DNA from: Candidatus Heimdallarchaeota archaeon
GTDB taxonomy: Archaea > Asgardarchaeota > Heimdallarchaeia > JABLTI01
Length of the DNA: 64,000 nucleotides
Assembly: GCA_019056785.1 (NCBI GenBank)
Contig: DXJV01000068.1
Span: forward strand, 1-64,000
Direction of reading: 5' to 3'
The translations under genes and the position numbers were made by a program. The notes beneath the pieces are model-generated. The model ran no database searches and was not told the origin of the DNA. It was given only the letters and a program-made list of their open reading frames with translations. Numbering within the stretch: position 1 is the first letter of the stretch; every line of letters begins with the position of its first letter. Below are positions 31,013-41,714 of this stretch, piece by piece.

Positions 31013-32230
31013 TCATCTCTTTTGTTCTTTTTCTAACAAGTCGAAAATAGTGTTAAGTGCCGAGTAAGCCTCTTGTTTCCGTTCCGGAAGTGGGGCCCAG
31101 CCGCGAGCATCACTATTCTCTACAATGCGCAAATAGGGCTCGATTTTTGCAATGATCCTTTTCTTCCAGCCGAATTTTTGCAAGAAGGTGTAAATTTCCT
31201 GTAAGCGGCGTATGAGTTCTCTATTGTCTGCACTCTCGGTCCAAATTTCCAGTGATTTATTCGGTGCCCACGAGCCCGTGCAAATGTTCTTGGGTTGTTC
31301 TGCCCAAAAGTCGTCTTTTATTTGGGTAGGTGAAGAAGTGTAGATATTATTTTCCTTTAATTTCTCCAAAAAGTTCACAAGAGACTGCGGTTTAGCCGGT
31401 GTTGGTCCCATCGTTCTATAGCCAAAGAACTCAATATCGCTTGCATATAAAGGAAGGATTCTCGTTTTCAACTGCAAAATACTCTTTAAATGCATTTTTG
31501 CTGTATAGATAGGAACAAACCCTCCAACAGCAAATTGTGTGGAATAAGTCCAGCTCACAGATGAAAGATAAGCCTTCAGAGTTTCTGTTCCTGAAATAAT
31601 CACACGCTCTAGTGGCTGACTCTGCTCTGCATTTGCTTTTTGCATCATCCGTTTCGCAGAGAGATAGGCTTTTACTCGTCGCAGTCCTTTTAGCCAATAA
31701 GCTTTCACCAGGAACTCCGTTAATGTTTCTCTTCTTCGTTCAAAGGGGTTATATTCATTTCCAAACCATTGTGCAAGTTGAAAATGCTCATAGTCAATTG
31801 TGACCCAATCCAAACCGAGTGCTTTTATCTGTTTTAAAATAGCCGGGCTTACAGCGAGTTCTGGTGGCCAGAAACCCTGGGGATGTTTCCCAAATGTTTT
31901 CTTAAGAAGGTTAATATGGTCTTTTATTTGCTTTTTCACTCGTTCTTTAGGAAGCAAAGGTAAGATGGGGTGGCTGTAGCCACAAGCAAGCATTTCAATT
32001 GTATTCTCCCTTACAAGTTCTTTCATTCGCTCAATAAGTTCGGGGAAGTTCTGCTGCAAGAATTCAATTGTATGCCCGGTGAGATTGAAACAAACAGTTC
32101 CGTCACGCCATTCCTCTAAGGCGGCGATCATTGGTTCGTATGATTTTTCCACGACGACCGGCAGCTTCTTTCGTGGAATTTCTGCATAATCAGCATTCCA
32201 ATGTAGAATAACACTTACATTTTCGGTCAA
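31013..32230 (-). CDS. GH57 glycoside hydrolase, alpha-galactosidase subtype (Pyrococcus GalA-like)
   Basis: HWNADYAEIP, NLTGHT, YSHPILPLL, GFWPPEL (nucleophile Glu), SDIEFFGY, SWAPNKSLEIW, ENSDARGWAPLPER; TTG start overlaps the MFS stop. Confidence 0.82.
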   Translation of the reverse strand: MTENVSVILHWNADYAEIPRKKLPVVVEKSYEPMIAALEEWRDGTVCFNLTGHTIEFLQQNFPELIERMKELVRENTIEMLACGYSHPILPLLPKERVKKQIKDHINLLKKTFGKHPQGFWPPELAVSPAILKQIKALGLDWVTIDYEHFQLAQWFGNEYNPFERRRETLTEFLVKAYWLKGLRRVKAYLSAKRMMQKANAEQSQPLERVIISGTETLKAYLSSVSWTYSTQFAVGGFVPIYTAKMHLKSILQLKTRILPLYASDIEFFGYRTMGPTPAKPQSLVNFLEKLKENNIYTSSPTQIKDDFWAEQPKNICTGSWAPNKSLEIWTESADNRELIRRLQEIYTFLQKFGWKKRIIAKIEPYLRIVENSDARGWAPLPERKQEAYSALNTIFDLLEKEQKR

Positions 32231-33744
32231 GTATTTCCCTCCTTTTCTTTCAATTCACTTTCTGTTGTCATTACTGTGGTATTCTCACTTTCTTGCAATT
32301 CTATTCTCCTTCGCATCAATTTATCTTTCGCAGCATCTCTATCTTTTGGATAGGTAAAGTAAATAAAGGAATAAAATAAAAGGCAGATAACCCACGGAAC
32401 AACAGTAGCAATAAGCATTGCATAACTTAACGCATAGACATTATTGACTGTTCCTGAAATTGTTGCATTTGCATTTTTATCATAGCCAAATAAATGATCT
32501 GCGATAAGTCCAACAATTAATGTCCCAGTTGCAGCAACGCTTCCTTCGAATAATCGGTCGACAGAGAATGCCGTTCCCCGAATTTCAGGTTCAAATAATT
32601 CACTGAATATCGGATTATTAGTTGCTGGTGCACTCCAACTTATCAAAAAGCCGGTGAGGATACCAAGAATAATGAAGATAAAGAGTGTTGTTGTTGGTGG
32701 AATGATTCCTTGTGAAACGTATTTTGGAACGATCAGGAATTTTGGAATTATCAAGAAAAGAATAAACATCATTGGTATCCCGGAAAAGACCGAAAATTGT
32801 GCAATAAGAATACGCCCTTTGTTTGGCCATTTCTTCTCTGCCTTGTCGCCGATCACACCTCCAAAGAGGTTGCCAAAAGCAGCCCCGATGGCAACAACCG
32901 CAAAAGCAATTCCCGCCATAAAGCTATCTATTCCCATTGTTTCTAACCACAGAATCATAAATAAGATAGAATTCCAGGGAATTGACCCGGCAACGCCTTG
33001 AGCAACGATTAACATGAAGGTTTTATTTGATAAAATGGTGCCAAAGTCTTTGAACCTGAATTTCCTTCGCTTTTCTTCTGTGATGATTCCCAACTCATCT
33101 GAGAGACCTCTTTGAGGATTCTTCCCGAAAATTAATACAAAAACCCCCAGAAGAAGGCTTAGAATGCCCAACGAAACAAGCACGACCCGCCACCCTTCAA
33201 AGCCAAGAACGGTTTTATCTCCCAAGAGTGTCGCATAAAGTGTTCCTACAATAGCTCCAAGCACCGTTGTGAGTCCGAGCATTCCAAAAGCTCTCCCCCT
33301 TTTTGATTGGGGGAAATAATCAGCTATTAATGATTGGGAGGTGGGAACAATAACTGCAAGGCCTATACCTGTCAGAGCGCGAACACTCATTATCCCGGCA
33401 AAAGAATTCAACGTGCCTAAAATGATGGTAAGGCTACCCCAAATGAAGCAACCGATAGCTAAAATCAATTTTCGCGAGAATCGGTCAGAGAGCCATCCCC
33501 AAAAGGGGCTGCTTATGGCTTGTAGCAATGCTCGGGCGGTTGTGATACTTCCCATACTTGTAGCGTCACTTAATCCCAGAGAGGTAGCTATGGGGTTATA
33601 CATTGATGACAATACTTGTCCATCAGCTTGATCGATTATGTTTGCAGTATTAATCAAAGCTTGAGTGGCCGTTCTCTCCCGTTTCAATCTTTTTTCTTGT
33701 TCGGATAAAGTTTGTTTTATTTTACTATCATCATCGCTTGTCAT
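32227..33744 (-). CDS. MFS transporter (spinster-like)
   Basis: WGWLSDRFSRK (motif A), RALTGIG, SLIADYFPQSKRGRAFG; ~12 TM. Confidence 0.9.
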   Translation of the reverse strand: MTSDDDSKIKQTLSEQEKRLKRERTATQALINTANIIDQADGQVLSSMYNPIATSLGLSDATSMGSITTARALLQAISSPFWGWLSDRFSRKLILAIGCFIWGSLTIILGTLNSFAGIMSVRALTGIGLAVIVPTSQSLIADYFPQSKRGRAFGMLGLTTVLGAIVGTLYATLLGDKTVLGFEGWRVVLVSLGILSLLLGVFVLIFGKNPQRGLSDELGIITEEKRRKFRFKDFGTILSNKTFMLIVAQGVAGSIPWNSILFMILWLETMGIDSFMAGIAFAVVAIGAAFGNLFGGVIGDKAEKKWPNKGRILIAQFSVFSGIPMMFILFLIIPKFLIVPKYVSQGIIPPTTTLFIFIILGILTGFLISWSAPATNNPIFSELFEPEIRGTAFSVDRLFEGSVAATGTLIVGLIADHLFGYDKNANATISGTVNNVYALSYAMLIATVVPWVICLLFYSFIYFTYPKDRDAAKDKLMRRRIELQESENTTVMTTESELKEKEGNT

Positions 33745-33903
33745 TCTTGTTGTCCGGCTTTTTTTCCTTTGAATTTTTTTGATATATTATCTTTCTAATC
33801 TATTTAAGCAATTTCCTCTTCTTGGCGACAATTTCAATTGTTTTCGAAATGAATATATGTAATGATAGGGCTGAATCTTTTATAGGCAATAAGGGGACAA
33901 GCT

Positions 33904-34791
33904 ATGAAAAAAATCACTGAAAAATGCTTCATCATTTTTCTTCTGGGTAGCCTTCTTTGTTTTACTTTCATTTCCCTCCCCACAATGACAACAGAAGATG
34001 GTTTGGTCCCCAGAAACAAATCAACCATGGCAACAGCAACAGACCATTCACTCCAACTGCTCGAATTTTCCCATTATAACCATGTGATTTATGCTAATTA
34101 TTCTGTCATTTCCTTTAGCGTCCTTTTTGAAGGACCAGAAGTGAATATCTCAACTGTTTATGCTCACTATTCTCTGGAGCAACAAAACTGGGCCTCAATT
34201 TCTCTCACTCGCTCTAGGACAGTCTCTGAATATCAGGCAATTTTCTCAGGACAAATCGGTCCCTTTGCTCAGGCAGGTGAGTATTATCTTAAAATTAATG
34301 CCACAAGATTTAGTGTGGAACATGCAAGCCTTTATTTACAATTTGAAGTTGTAAAAGCTATTGGAATCGTTTTCGTTGATTTCTCTTTTGATATACACCT
34401 CGACACCGAGAATAATCAATATGCCGACCTCCAAATAACTGTCTTTGGCGAAGATGTTCTTTCTGAAAGTGTCTATGTTGTACCAACCTTGCCAAATAAA
34501 GTTGTAAATAAAACCAAACTCTATCTTTTAGAAGGAACAAATTACACTTATGTCGGTAAAATAAGCCCAATTAATACTTGGTTGGACAAGACACCACTGA
34601 CTTTTCTGGCAAATACTTCATCAGGAATACAATACAAGAGCTCGACATTCTTTCTACTAAAAGGGCTGGTCTCTGTTCCCGAAAGCTTTTGGCGCAGCAA
34701 ATTTCCGGCGATTTTAATTAGTTCAATATTAATACTTTCCATGTCAACAATCTTTATCATGGCTCGCCGCAAACCGCCAAAAACATTCTGA
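33904..34791 (+). CDS. Hypothetical exported protein with C-terminal TM anchor
   Basis: N-terminal signal/TM, beta-rich body, C-terminal FPAILISSILILSMSTIFIMARRK. Confidence 0.6.
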   Translation: MKKITEKCFIIFLLGSLLCFTFISLPTMTTEDGLVPRNKSTMATATDHSLQLLEFSHYNHVIYANYSVISFSVLFEGPEVNISTVYAHYSLEQQNWASISLTRSRTVSEYQAIFSGQIGPFAQAGEYYLKINATRFSVEHASLYLQFEVVKAIGIVFVDFSFDIHLDTENNQYADLQITVFGEDVLSESVYVVPTLPNKVVNKTKLYLLEGTNYTYVGKISPINTWLDKTPLTFLANTSSGIQYKSSTFFLLKGLVSVPESFWRSKFPAILISSILILSMSTIFIMARRKPPKTF

Positions 34792-34826
34792 TAAAAAAAA
34801 AGAAAAATGGTTGTAACTGGTGATTC

Positions 34827-35840
34827 TTACAACTTATCTTCTCGTAAATCAATAATCGCTTCTGCATCAGGTCCTGTGCCGATCAAGGTTACTGGTATAT
34901 TTGTTTCTCGTTCAATATTTGCAATGAACTCTAGTGCTGCGGGGGAAAGCTCTTCCTTCTTTGTTGCATTTGCTACCTCTGGAAAAACGATGTCCAATTT
35001 TGTAAGAGCGATTTGTGTTGCACCATTTAATCTTACAGCCTTCCTCGCAATTTCAAAGTCAATCGGCGCAGCTCGTCGAGCACGCCCAGTCACAGTACCA
35101 AATTCCATCCAACCCTTCTTTTTCATTTCCTCTTCGGAGAGTGTTCCTGGCATTGGTCCTTCTCCAACTCGAGTCATGAAGGCTTTAAAGACGGCAATTA
35201 CCTCATCAACTTTTGTTGGACCAATACCGACATCTGCACAAATTTGCGAAGCAGAGACATCTTTACTTGTCACATAGGGATAAGTCCCATGAAAAAGAGA
35301 GAGCATTGTCCCCTGGGTTCCTTCCAGTAAAACATTTTTTCCGGCAGCAATTGCTTCATTTATTTCTTTAGAGACATCTGTAAGATAGGGGGTTAATTCA
35401 GGGATTTCTTTTGCAAGGCGTAAGGTTCTTCGTGCTCTTGCTTCATTCGCCGGTCCGCAGCCGGTCCCTGTGCTACCGATTTTTTTACTGAGATGCTTAT
35501 CATGTTGATCCTTTTCTTTATGCTCTTTCTCAATAATACCTGCTTGAAAGTCCACTCCAATACGGTCCTTACAACCTGTGAGTTCTACTTCACGCAGAAA
35601 AATCTCCGGGTCAACTAAAACGCCCGCACCGATGAGTAATCGTGACTTTTCACTTGTAAACCCACTGGGGATCATTCGCAAACCGTATTTTTTCCCTTGA
35701 TAGACCACAGTATGGCCGGCATTTGTGCCGACACCACCGCGAGCAATGATTGCGGGATGTTCGTGATACGCAATATAGCTGATAATCTTTCCTTTACCTT
35801 CATCGCCCCAAAAAGCGCCAATAATAATTGTTGTTGTCAT
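34827..35840 (-). CDS. purA: Adenylosuccinate synthetase (short archaeal form)
   Basis: GAFWGDEGKGK, NAGHT, IGSTGTGCGP, EGTQG, YPYVTS, EFGTVTGRARR, TKLD. Confidence 0.97.
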   Translation of the reverse strand: MTTTIIIGAFWGDEGKGKIISYIAYHEHPAIIARGGVGTNAGHTVVYQGKKYGLRMIPSGFTSEKSRLLIGAGVLVDPEIFLREVELTGCKDRIGVDFQAGIIEKEHKEKDQHDKHLSKKIGSTGTGCGPANEARARRTLRLAKEIPELTPYLTDVSKEINEAIAAGKNVLLEGTQGTMLSLFHGTYPYVTSKDVSASQICADVGIGPTKVDEVIAVFKAFMTRVGEGPMPGTLSEEEMKKKGWMEFGTVTGRARRAAPIDFEIARKAVRLNGATQIALTKLDIVFPEVANATKKEELSPAALEFIANIERETNIPVTLIGTGPDAEAIIDLREDKL

Positions 35841-36110
35841 AGTTCTCGTGAGAAAAGCTCTCCTTTTTTAATAAAGTCCTATTGTTAACATCAATGTGAT
35901 AATCCTTTGCAATTGTGCTTCTCGAAGTCTCCAGTAGAAATCCTTACGAAAAAATTGATTTATAGCGAAAGATTAATAATCAGTTGATGGTGGTAAAGAT
36001 TATTTAAAGAGTAAGCGAGTTTGATACCGGTCTTCCCGAACTGCAATTCTCCATGCTTTTCTCGCGAACCTCGATAAAAGAATTGTTAAACAAATATGTG
36101 TGTGAACAAA

Positions 36111-37559
36111 ATGGTTGAAATTATCCCTAAAAAAGTTGCAAAATATATCTATGAAATACCGGCCTCTACTCGGAATTACATGAAAGTTCCTGTGAAAATT
36201 TTTGCAAATGAAAGTATAATTAAAGCTATGGAGCAAAAAATGTTTCTCCAAGCAACCCATGTCGCTTGGTTGCCAGGCATTTACAAACATTCCCTCGTGT
36301 TGCCTGATGGGCACATGGGCTATGGATTTCCCATAGGTGGAGTCGCTGCCACGGATTACAACGAAGGAGTAGTAAGTCCTGGGGGCGTTGGTTATGATAT
36401 TAATTGTGGTGTAAGGTTACTGCGAACGAACATGAAAAAAGAAGACATTATCCCCCACGCAAAAGAGCTTACTGAACGGCTCTTTAAGAATATCCCCGCA
36501 GGTCTGGGATCAAAAGCAAAAATCCATCTTAACCGCTCAGAACTAGATGAACTGTTAACAGAAGGTGCAAAGTATTGTGTAAAACGAGGACTCGGCTGGG
36601 AAGAAGATCTTGAACACTGCGAAGAAAATGGTGCCTTGGCAAATGCTGACCCTGAAAAAGTCTCTGCAAAAGCCATCTCAAGGGGGATGCCTCAAGCGGG
36701 TAGCTTAGGAAGTGGTAACCATTTCCTTGAAATACAATTCGTTGACAAAATTTATGACCCCACGCTTGCAAAGGCGATGGGCATTTATGAAGAGAATCAA
36801 GTTATGATTATGATTCATACTGGGAGTCGAGGTTTAGGTCATCAAATCTGTGGCGACTATTTGCGAAAACTCGAACAACAAATGCCAAAATACAATCTTA
36901 CGCCTCCTGATCGTCAACTAGCTTGCGTACCAACACAAAGTGAAGAGGGGCAGGATTATTTGAAAGCCATGGCTTGTGGTGCAAACTTTGCTTGGGGGAA
37001 CAGACAAATGATCTTACATTGGGTACGAGAAACATTTGAACAAAAATTCAAACAATCAGCAGAAGACCTTGATATGCATTTAATTTATGATGTAGCACAT
37101 AACATCGCTAAAATAGAAGAACACGATATCGATGGGAAAAGACGAAAAGTAGTTACTCACCGAAAAGGAGCAACTCGAGCTTTCCCCGCAAATCACCCTG
37201 CAGTGCCAAAAGCATATCAAACTATTGGTCAACCTGTCATCCTCCCAGGTAGTATGGGTACAGCATCCTATGTACTTATTGGTCAACCAAAAGGAATGGA
37301 AGCAAGCTTTGGTAGCACTGCACATGGTGCTGGCCGAGTGTTAAGCCGTTCTGCCGCGCTCAAACGCTTCTGGGGCGATAAGGTCAGGTCCGAACTTAAA
37401 GGGCAAGGCATAGAAGTTAAATCTGCACATCCAAAAATCTTGGCTGAAGAGGCTCCGGGCGTCTACAAGGACATCGATGCTGTTGCAGAAGTCAGCGATA
37501 GTGTTGGTATCGGAAAAAGAGTGGCCCGATTAAAACCCATTGCTGTTGTTAAAGGTTAA
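36111..37559 (+). CDS. rtcB: RNA-splicing ligase RtcB
   Basis: PDGHMGYGFPIGG, VGYDINCG, GSGNHFLE, HTGSRG, HRKGATRA, STAHGAGR, EEAPGVYKD. Confidence 0.97.
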   Translation: MVEIIPKKVAKYIYEIPASTRNYMKVPVKIFANESIIKAMEQKMFLQATHVAWLPGIYKHSLVLPDGHMGYGFPIGGVAATDYNEGVVSPGGVGYDINCGVRLLRTNMKKEDIIPHAKELTERLFKNIPAGLGSKAKIHLNRSELDELLTEGAKYCVKRGLGWEEDLEHCEENGALANADPEKVSAKAISRGMPQAGSLGSGNHFLEIQFVDKIYDPTLAKAMGIYEENQVMIMIHTGSRGLGHQICGDYLRKLEQQMPKYNLTPPDRQLACVPTQSEEGQDYLKAMACGANFAWGNRQMILHWVRETFEQKFKQSAEDLDMHLIYDVAHNIAKIEEHDIDGKRRKVVTHRKGATRAFPANHPAVPKAYQTIGQPVILPGSMGTASYVLIGQPKGMEASFGSTAHGAGRVLSRSAALKRFWGDKVRSELKGQGIEVKSAHPKILAEEAPGVYKDIDAVAEVSDSVGIGKRVARLKPIAVVKG

Positions 37560-37595
37560 GTTCTTCCCCTCTTTTTTTCTCTTTTTTCCGGCGAT

Positions 37596-39065
37596 TTGTA
37601 CAACATTCAACATAATTTTATTAGTAAAAAAATTTTTAATAGTGGACTATTTTTGAAAATACGACTGCAAATGTTACAACGGAATCAATTAAAACTGCTA
37701 ATGCCTATAAATATTTATCATACGATGGCGCATATTTTCCCGTATTTTTTGCCCATTTTGTGTCAAGTAATTCGTGATGAGGTAGACTTTCTCAATTATA
37801 CTCGTGCCGGCATAATTGCTATGGTGAGTATTGTTGTAATGATTCCTTCCACCATTGTTTTAGGGGTTGTAGGGGACAAAATCCGCAAATGGCGTTTAGA
37901 GCTGATCGCTGTGGGGTTTTTGATCATTGTCTCTCATACTTTCATTATTTATGTTGCCAATTCATTTGCAGTTTTAATAGTCGCAGCTGTGGTTGCAGGT
38001 TTAGGTGCGTCCATTTTTCATCCAATTGCTTTGCCATTGCTTTCACAAGAGTTTGGTGCAGATCGGAATGTTGCTCATAGTATCAACCTCATTTTTGGGA
38101 CATTCGGCTCGATCACCACACCAATAATGACCATTGGATTGTCAAGTTGGTTGGGATGGAGGACCACAACATTAATCCTGGGTATTTTTGGTTTGCTTGT
38201 TGCTCCGATTCTAATAACAACCTCACTGCTAACAAAAAAATACCTGGTTTACACCCCACAAAAAGAGATTATTACAAATGAAGATGTGATCCCAATAGAT
38301 ACAAAGGAGAAAAAACGTACAAGAAAACCCCTTCTAAGCTTCATTTCCGGACCATTTATTGCGCTTGTTTTTGTGCTGGTATTGCGAAGTGGGATTTTTA
38401 GGATTATGAATACTTTCACCTCATTCATCTTTGAGGATCGCTTTGGTGCATCTGAGTTTCACTCTGCAATGATCATGTCTCTTGTTCTTGGCTCCGGAGG
38501 CGTTGCAGCACTTATAAGCGGATTTGTGTCCAAGAAAAAAGGAAGTCTTAAAACATTTCTCTTTTCGATGGGAGCGACGGTTTTGGCATCCATTGCCGTC
38601 GTAATTTTTGTAGGGACAATGGACTTGGCAAACCTTCAAATAAATACTGGCTTACTGGTGGTTGCAATTCTCCTCTTTGTTTTCCTCTCTACATCATTCT
38701 ATTTTTCCAATCCCTCAGCAAATTCCTTACAGGCAGAGATAATTCCCCTCGAAATCCTCGGGACCGTTTATGGTATTATTGTCGCCATAATGACTGGCTT
38801 CTCGGCTGTTATTCCGGTTATTTTTGGTGCAATTGTCGACCAGGGGTATTCGCTTCCTTATGAATACTTGTTACCAATCATTCTCTCTCTCATACCATTT
38901 TTATTGTTAATTTATATGAAATCTAAGATCGGATTAAAGACGCCCGATCAAGTGGAGAAGGAACGACTCGAAAAAACGAATGCTCTCTTAGAAGCCATTG
39001 AGAAGAGAAAAAAAGGAGAAACACTCAACCAAAAAATTCAAACAGAATCAAACTCGCAGCCATAA
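37596..39065 (+). CDS. MFS transporter
   Basis: GVVGDKIRK, GLGASIFHPIAL; ~12 TM; true start probably downstream (~37671). Confidence 0.85.
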   Translation: MYNIQHNFISKKIFNSGLFLKIRLQMLQRNQLKLLMPINIYHTMAHIFPYFLPILCQVIRDEVDFLNYTRAGIIAMVSIVVMIPSTIVLGVVGDKIRKWRLELIAVGFLIIVSHTFIIYVANSFAVLIVAAVVAGLGASIFHPIALPLLSQEFGADRNVAHSINLIFGTFGSITTPIMTIGLSSWLGWRTTTLILGIFGLLVAPILITTSLLTKKYLVYTPQKEIITNEDVIPIDTKEKKRTRKPLLSFISGPFIALVFVLVLRSGIFRIMNTFTSFIFEDRFGASEFHSAMIMSLVLGSGGVAALISGFVSKKKGSLKTFLFSMGATVLASIAVVIFVGTMDLANLQINTGLLVVAILLFVFLSTSFYFSNPSANSLQAEIIPLEILGTVYGIIVAIMTGFSAVIPVIFGAIVDQGYSLPYEYLLPIILSLIPFLLLIYMKSKIGLKTPDQVEKERLEKTNALLEAIEKRKKGETLNQKIQTESNSQP

Positions 39066-39909
39066 TTACCATACCAATAACCACTCCCGCCATCACAACA
39101 TCGCCTTTCCCATACTCTCTGGCTACCGGTAGAAGTTCGTCTAATGAAATATAGACCATAATTCCTGCAACAAATGCCAAACTTCCGCCGAGGAGTTGAT
39201 CGAAATGGCTAGCAATAAACTGGTTTTGCTCTAAAAGTTTCATAAGGCCGAAGGCAAGGGCTGCGCCAATTGGTTCAGCAATACCTGATGCCATAGAGAG
39301 CCAGAAGCTTTTCCATTTATTTTTTGTAGCATAAAAAATTGGTATGGAAACACTGATCCCTTCTGGGATGTTATGAATGGCAATGGCAATAGCAATGGTA
39401 ACTCCAAGGTTAATGTCTCCCAAAGCAGTTGCAAAAGTAGCCATGCCTTCTGGGAAATTGTGGATAGCTATTGCAAGAGCAGTAATAATTCCTGTTCGCT
39501 TTAATTTTAAGTCCTTAGTTGCTTCCACTTCTGATTGCTCCACTCGCGCTTTGACAATTCCGTCTCCACATTCTTCACCACAGCATTCTGCTTGTATCTC
39601 TGTGATAGCAGCTTCACCTCGAGGCATGTGATGTGGATTTTCCTTATGAGGAATGATTAAATCTATAGCGAAAACAACACCAATTCCAAGAAAGAAGGCA
39701 AGATAAAGCCAATAGCTTTGAAGCGACTCTGCAGCTGAGGGAAGCAACTCTGCAAAAGAGACGAGCACCATCACACCCACTGATAGGCCCAGGAAAAATG
39801 CCAGAAAAGATTTCCGGAAACGTTTAAAGAAGAAAGGGACGGCACTTCCAATCCCTGTAGATAACCCTGCAAATGTTGTTAAAAGGAATGCAGCTAAAAC
39901 AATTTTCAT
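39025..39909 (-). CDS. zupT: ZIP-family zinc transporter
   Basis: AGLSTGIG, AIAIHNFPEG, AIAIHNIPEG, GIMVYISLDELLP; His/Cys-rich loop. Confidence 0.93.
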   Translation of the reverse strand: MKIVLAAFLLTTFAGLSTGIGSAVPFFFKRFRKSFLAFFLGLSVGVMVLVSFAELLPSAAESLQSYWLYLAFFLGIGVVFAIDLIIPHKENPHHMPRGEAAITEIQAECCGEECGDGIVKARVEQSEVEATKDLKLKRTGIITALAIAIHNFPEGMATFATALGDINLGVTIAIAIAIHNIPEGISVSIPIFYATKNKWKSFWLSMASGIAEPIGAALAFGLMKLLEQNQFIASHFDQLLGGSLAFVAGIMVYISLDELLPVAREYGKGDVVMAGVVIGMVIMAASLILFEFFG

Positions 39910-40023
39910 TTAGAGCCACCAGAGATATTTAACTATTAAAGTAATTTATCCCGGGAATTTAAGGATTTGTGGTGTTAATTTCTGAAGAATTACTTTTTTG
40001 AAGTATGGATGGTTAAATAACAC

Positions 40024-40629
40024 ATGAACATAATTGACCTGGTCGAAGGGAGCTACGATAAAATTGCTGCGAAATATGCCAGTGCGAGGATTGCCCAAAT
40101 CATTCCAAAGGAAGTAGTGCGCTTTTCATCTGCCCTTCCGACTGCAGGAAAAGTTCTTGATGTGGGCTGTGGAGTGGGTTTGCCGGCAGCAAAATTCCTT
40201 GTTGGGCAAGGGTTCCGAGTTATAGGTATTGATATTTCTCAAAGAATGATTGATCTTGCGCAAGCAAATGTTCCACAAGCAACGTTTGTTAAAAAGAACA
40301 TTCTTACGCTAGACTTTGCTGATGATTCGTTTGACGGATTGATATGCATTGATACGTTATGGCATGTCCCGAAAAACAATCACCTCTTCATTTTCCAGAA
40401 TTTCGCTCGCATCCTTAAAAATAATGGGCTGTTGTTAATTAATACCAAAGCACAAGCAATGGAAGGCATGGAGGATTTTTATGGCGAACCGATGTTTTGG
40501 AGCAATTACCCCCCAACGAAAACACTTGAGTTGTTGGAAAAGGCGAAATATAAAGTTGCTTTTAAAACATCCTTAAAACGAGAGAAAAGTGACACTTTTT
40601 GGGTTTTAGCAACAATTCAAAAAAAATAA
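40024..40629 (+). CDS. Class I SAM-dependent methyltransferase
   Basis: VLDVGCGVG, GIDIS..MI, SFDGLI, ILKNNGLLLI. Confidence 0.9.
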   Translation: MNIIDLVEGSYDKIAAKYASARIAQIIPKEVVRFSSALPTAGKVLDVGCGVGLPAAKFLVGQGFRVIGIDISQRMIDLAQANVPQATFVKKNILTLDFADDSFDGLICIDTLWHVPKNNHLFIFQNFARILKNNGLLLINTKAQAMEGMEDFYGEPMFWSNYPPTKTLELLEKAKYKVAFKTSLKREKSDTFWVLATIQKK

Positions 40630-40707
40630 AGATTAAGACTCGAGTTTTAATGTGCAAAGGTTCTTAAGAATAGATCAGTACTTGTTACTTATGTCTGAAC
40701 CAAAAAA

Positions 40708-41190
40708 GTGGATCCAATCCCACTTGTCTTTAGTGTTACCTCGATGATCTTTAGTTTCATAGGAGCAATTTTAGCGTTCTTTACGGATTTTGGTTGGTGG
40801 AATGTTGGTTATTCTTGGAGTTATTATTTTTTCATTGGTTCTGAAATGGCACCAGCATGGGCACAATTTTTCCTGTTTCTCTTCGGTTTTCTATTCCTTC
40901 TCTTACTCTTGCTTTCCATTCTAAAACTCATCTGTTCGCTAGGTAAGCTCAGCGACAAAATTGACAAAATCGTTATTTTTGGTGGCATTGGCTTATCAGC
41001 AGTAACTTTCATCTACAATCTATTGTTGGTAGGAATTTTTGCCAGCTTTGCCGCAGGAGACTGGTGGGGTATGTCAACAAGTTTCTACGATGGTCTTGTC
41101 GGGCCGATCATTATTGGAATTTTCTTTGTCGTTCAATTGGTCTATAAAAACAAAGGATCTAAAGGAAAGGTAAGTTACAATTTACACTAA
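40708..41190 (+). CDS. Hypothetical 4-TM membrane protein
   Basis: Four hydrophobic segments. An ATG at 40691 would be in frame (MSEPKKVDP) if the A6 run at 40702-40707 were A7. Confidence 0.6.
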   Translation: MDPIPLVFSVTSMIFSFIGAILAFFTDFGWWNVGYSWSYYFFIGSEMAPAWAQFFLFLFGFLFLLLLLLSILKLICSLGKLSDKIDKIVIFGGIGLSAVTFIYNLLLVGIFASFAAGDWWGMSTSFYDGLVGPIIIGIFFVVQLVYKNKGSKGKVSYNLH

Positions 41191-41351
41191 ACCACTTTCT
41201 GGAAATAACTATAGAAAGCATGCCAAAAAACTTGAAGAAAAGAATACACAGGAAGGAATACGGTCCTATTTGAAATTTAAAAAAGCTAACTCTGGCAATT
41301 GTTGGATATTGAGCAACGAATTTTCAAGAATTCTCGTGTATAAAGAGTGAT

Positions 41352-41564
41352 TTATTGAAGTTTTCTTTTTATTAACATAATCTCTTTATCAGAGTCCGCA
41401 AGACCGGTAACAGTCATTTTGGTTAGTTGTTGGCAAATGACACATGGAGATGGTTCGCGCTTTCGGCTTCTTCGCAACAGGAAAATTTCCAATTTCGTTT
41501 TTCGTTCAGCTGCACAATGCTCACAGAGGGGAAATTCAAATCGAAGTTTGTTTTGTTCCTTCAT
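41352..41564 (-). CDS. Small putative zinc-finger protein
   Basis: 70 aa with two CxxC motifs (CEHC, CVIC). Confidence 0.5.
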   Translation of the reverse strand: MKEQNKLRFEFPLCEHCAAERKTKLEIFLLRRSRKREPSPCVICQQLTKMTVTGLADSDKEIMLIKRKLQ

Positions 41565-41714
41565 AATATCAATAATACAAGCTTTATGGCAAAAAAGGTT
41601 TTCTTTTCGAAAAATGAATTTATCTTCCTTTGTCTTGGCTCAAAAAATAAAGAGAACACTCTCTATACAATAAATTAATTGTATATATTCTTGATGAGAA
41701 TGTGGTAAGTAAAA

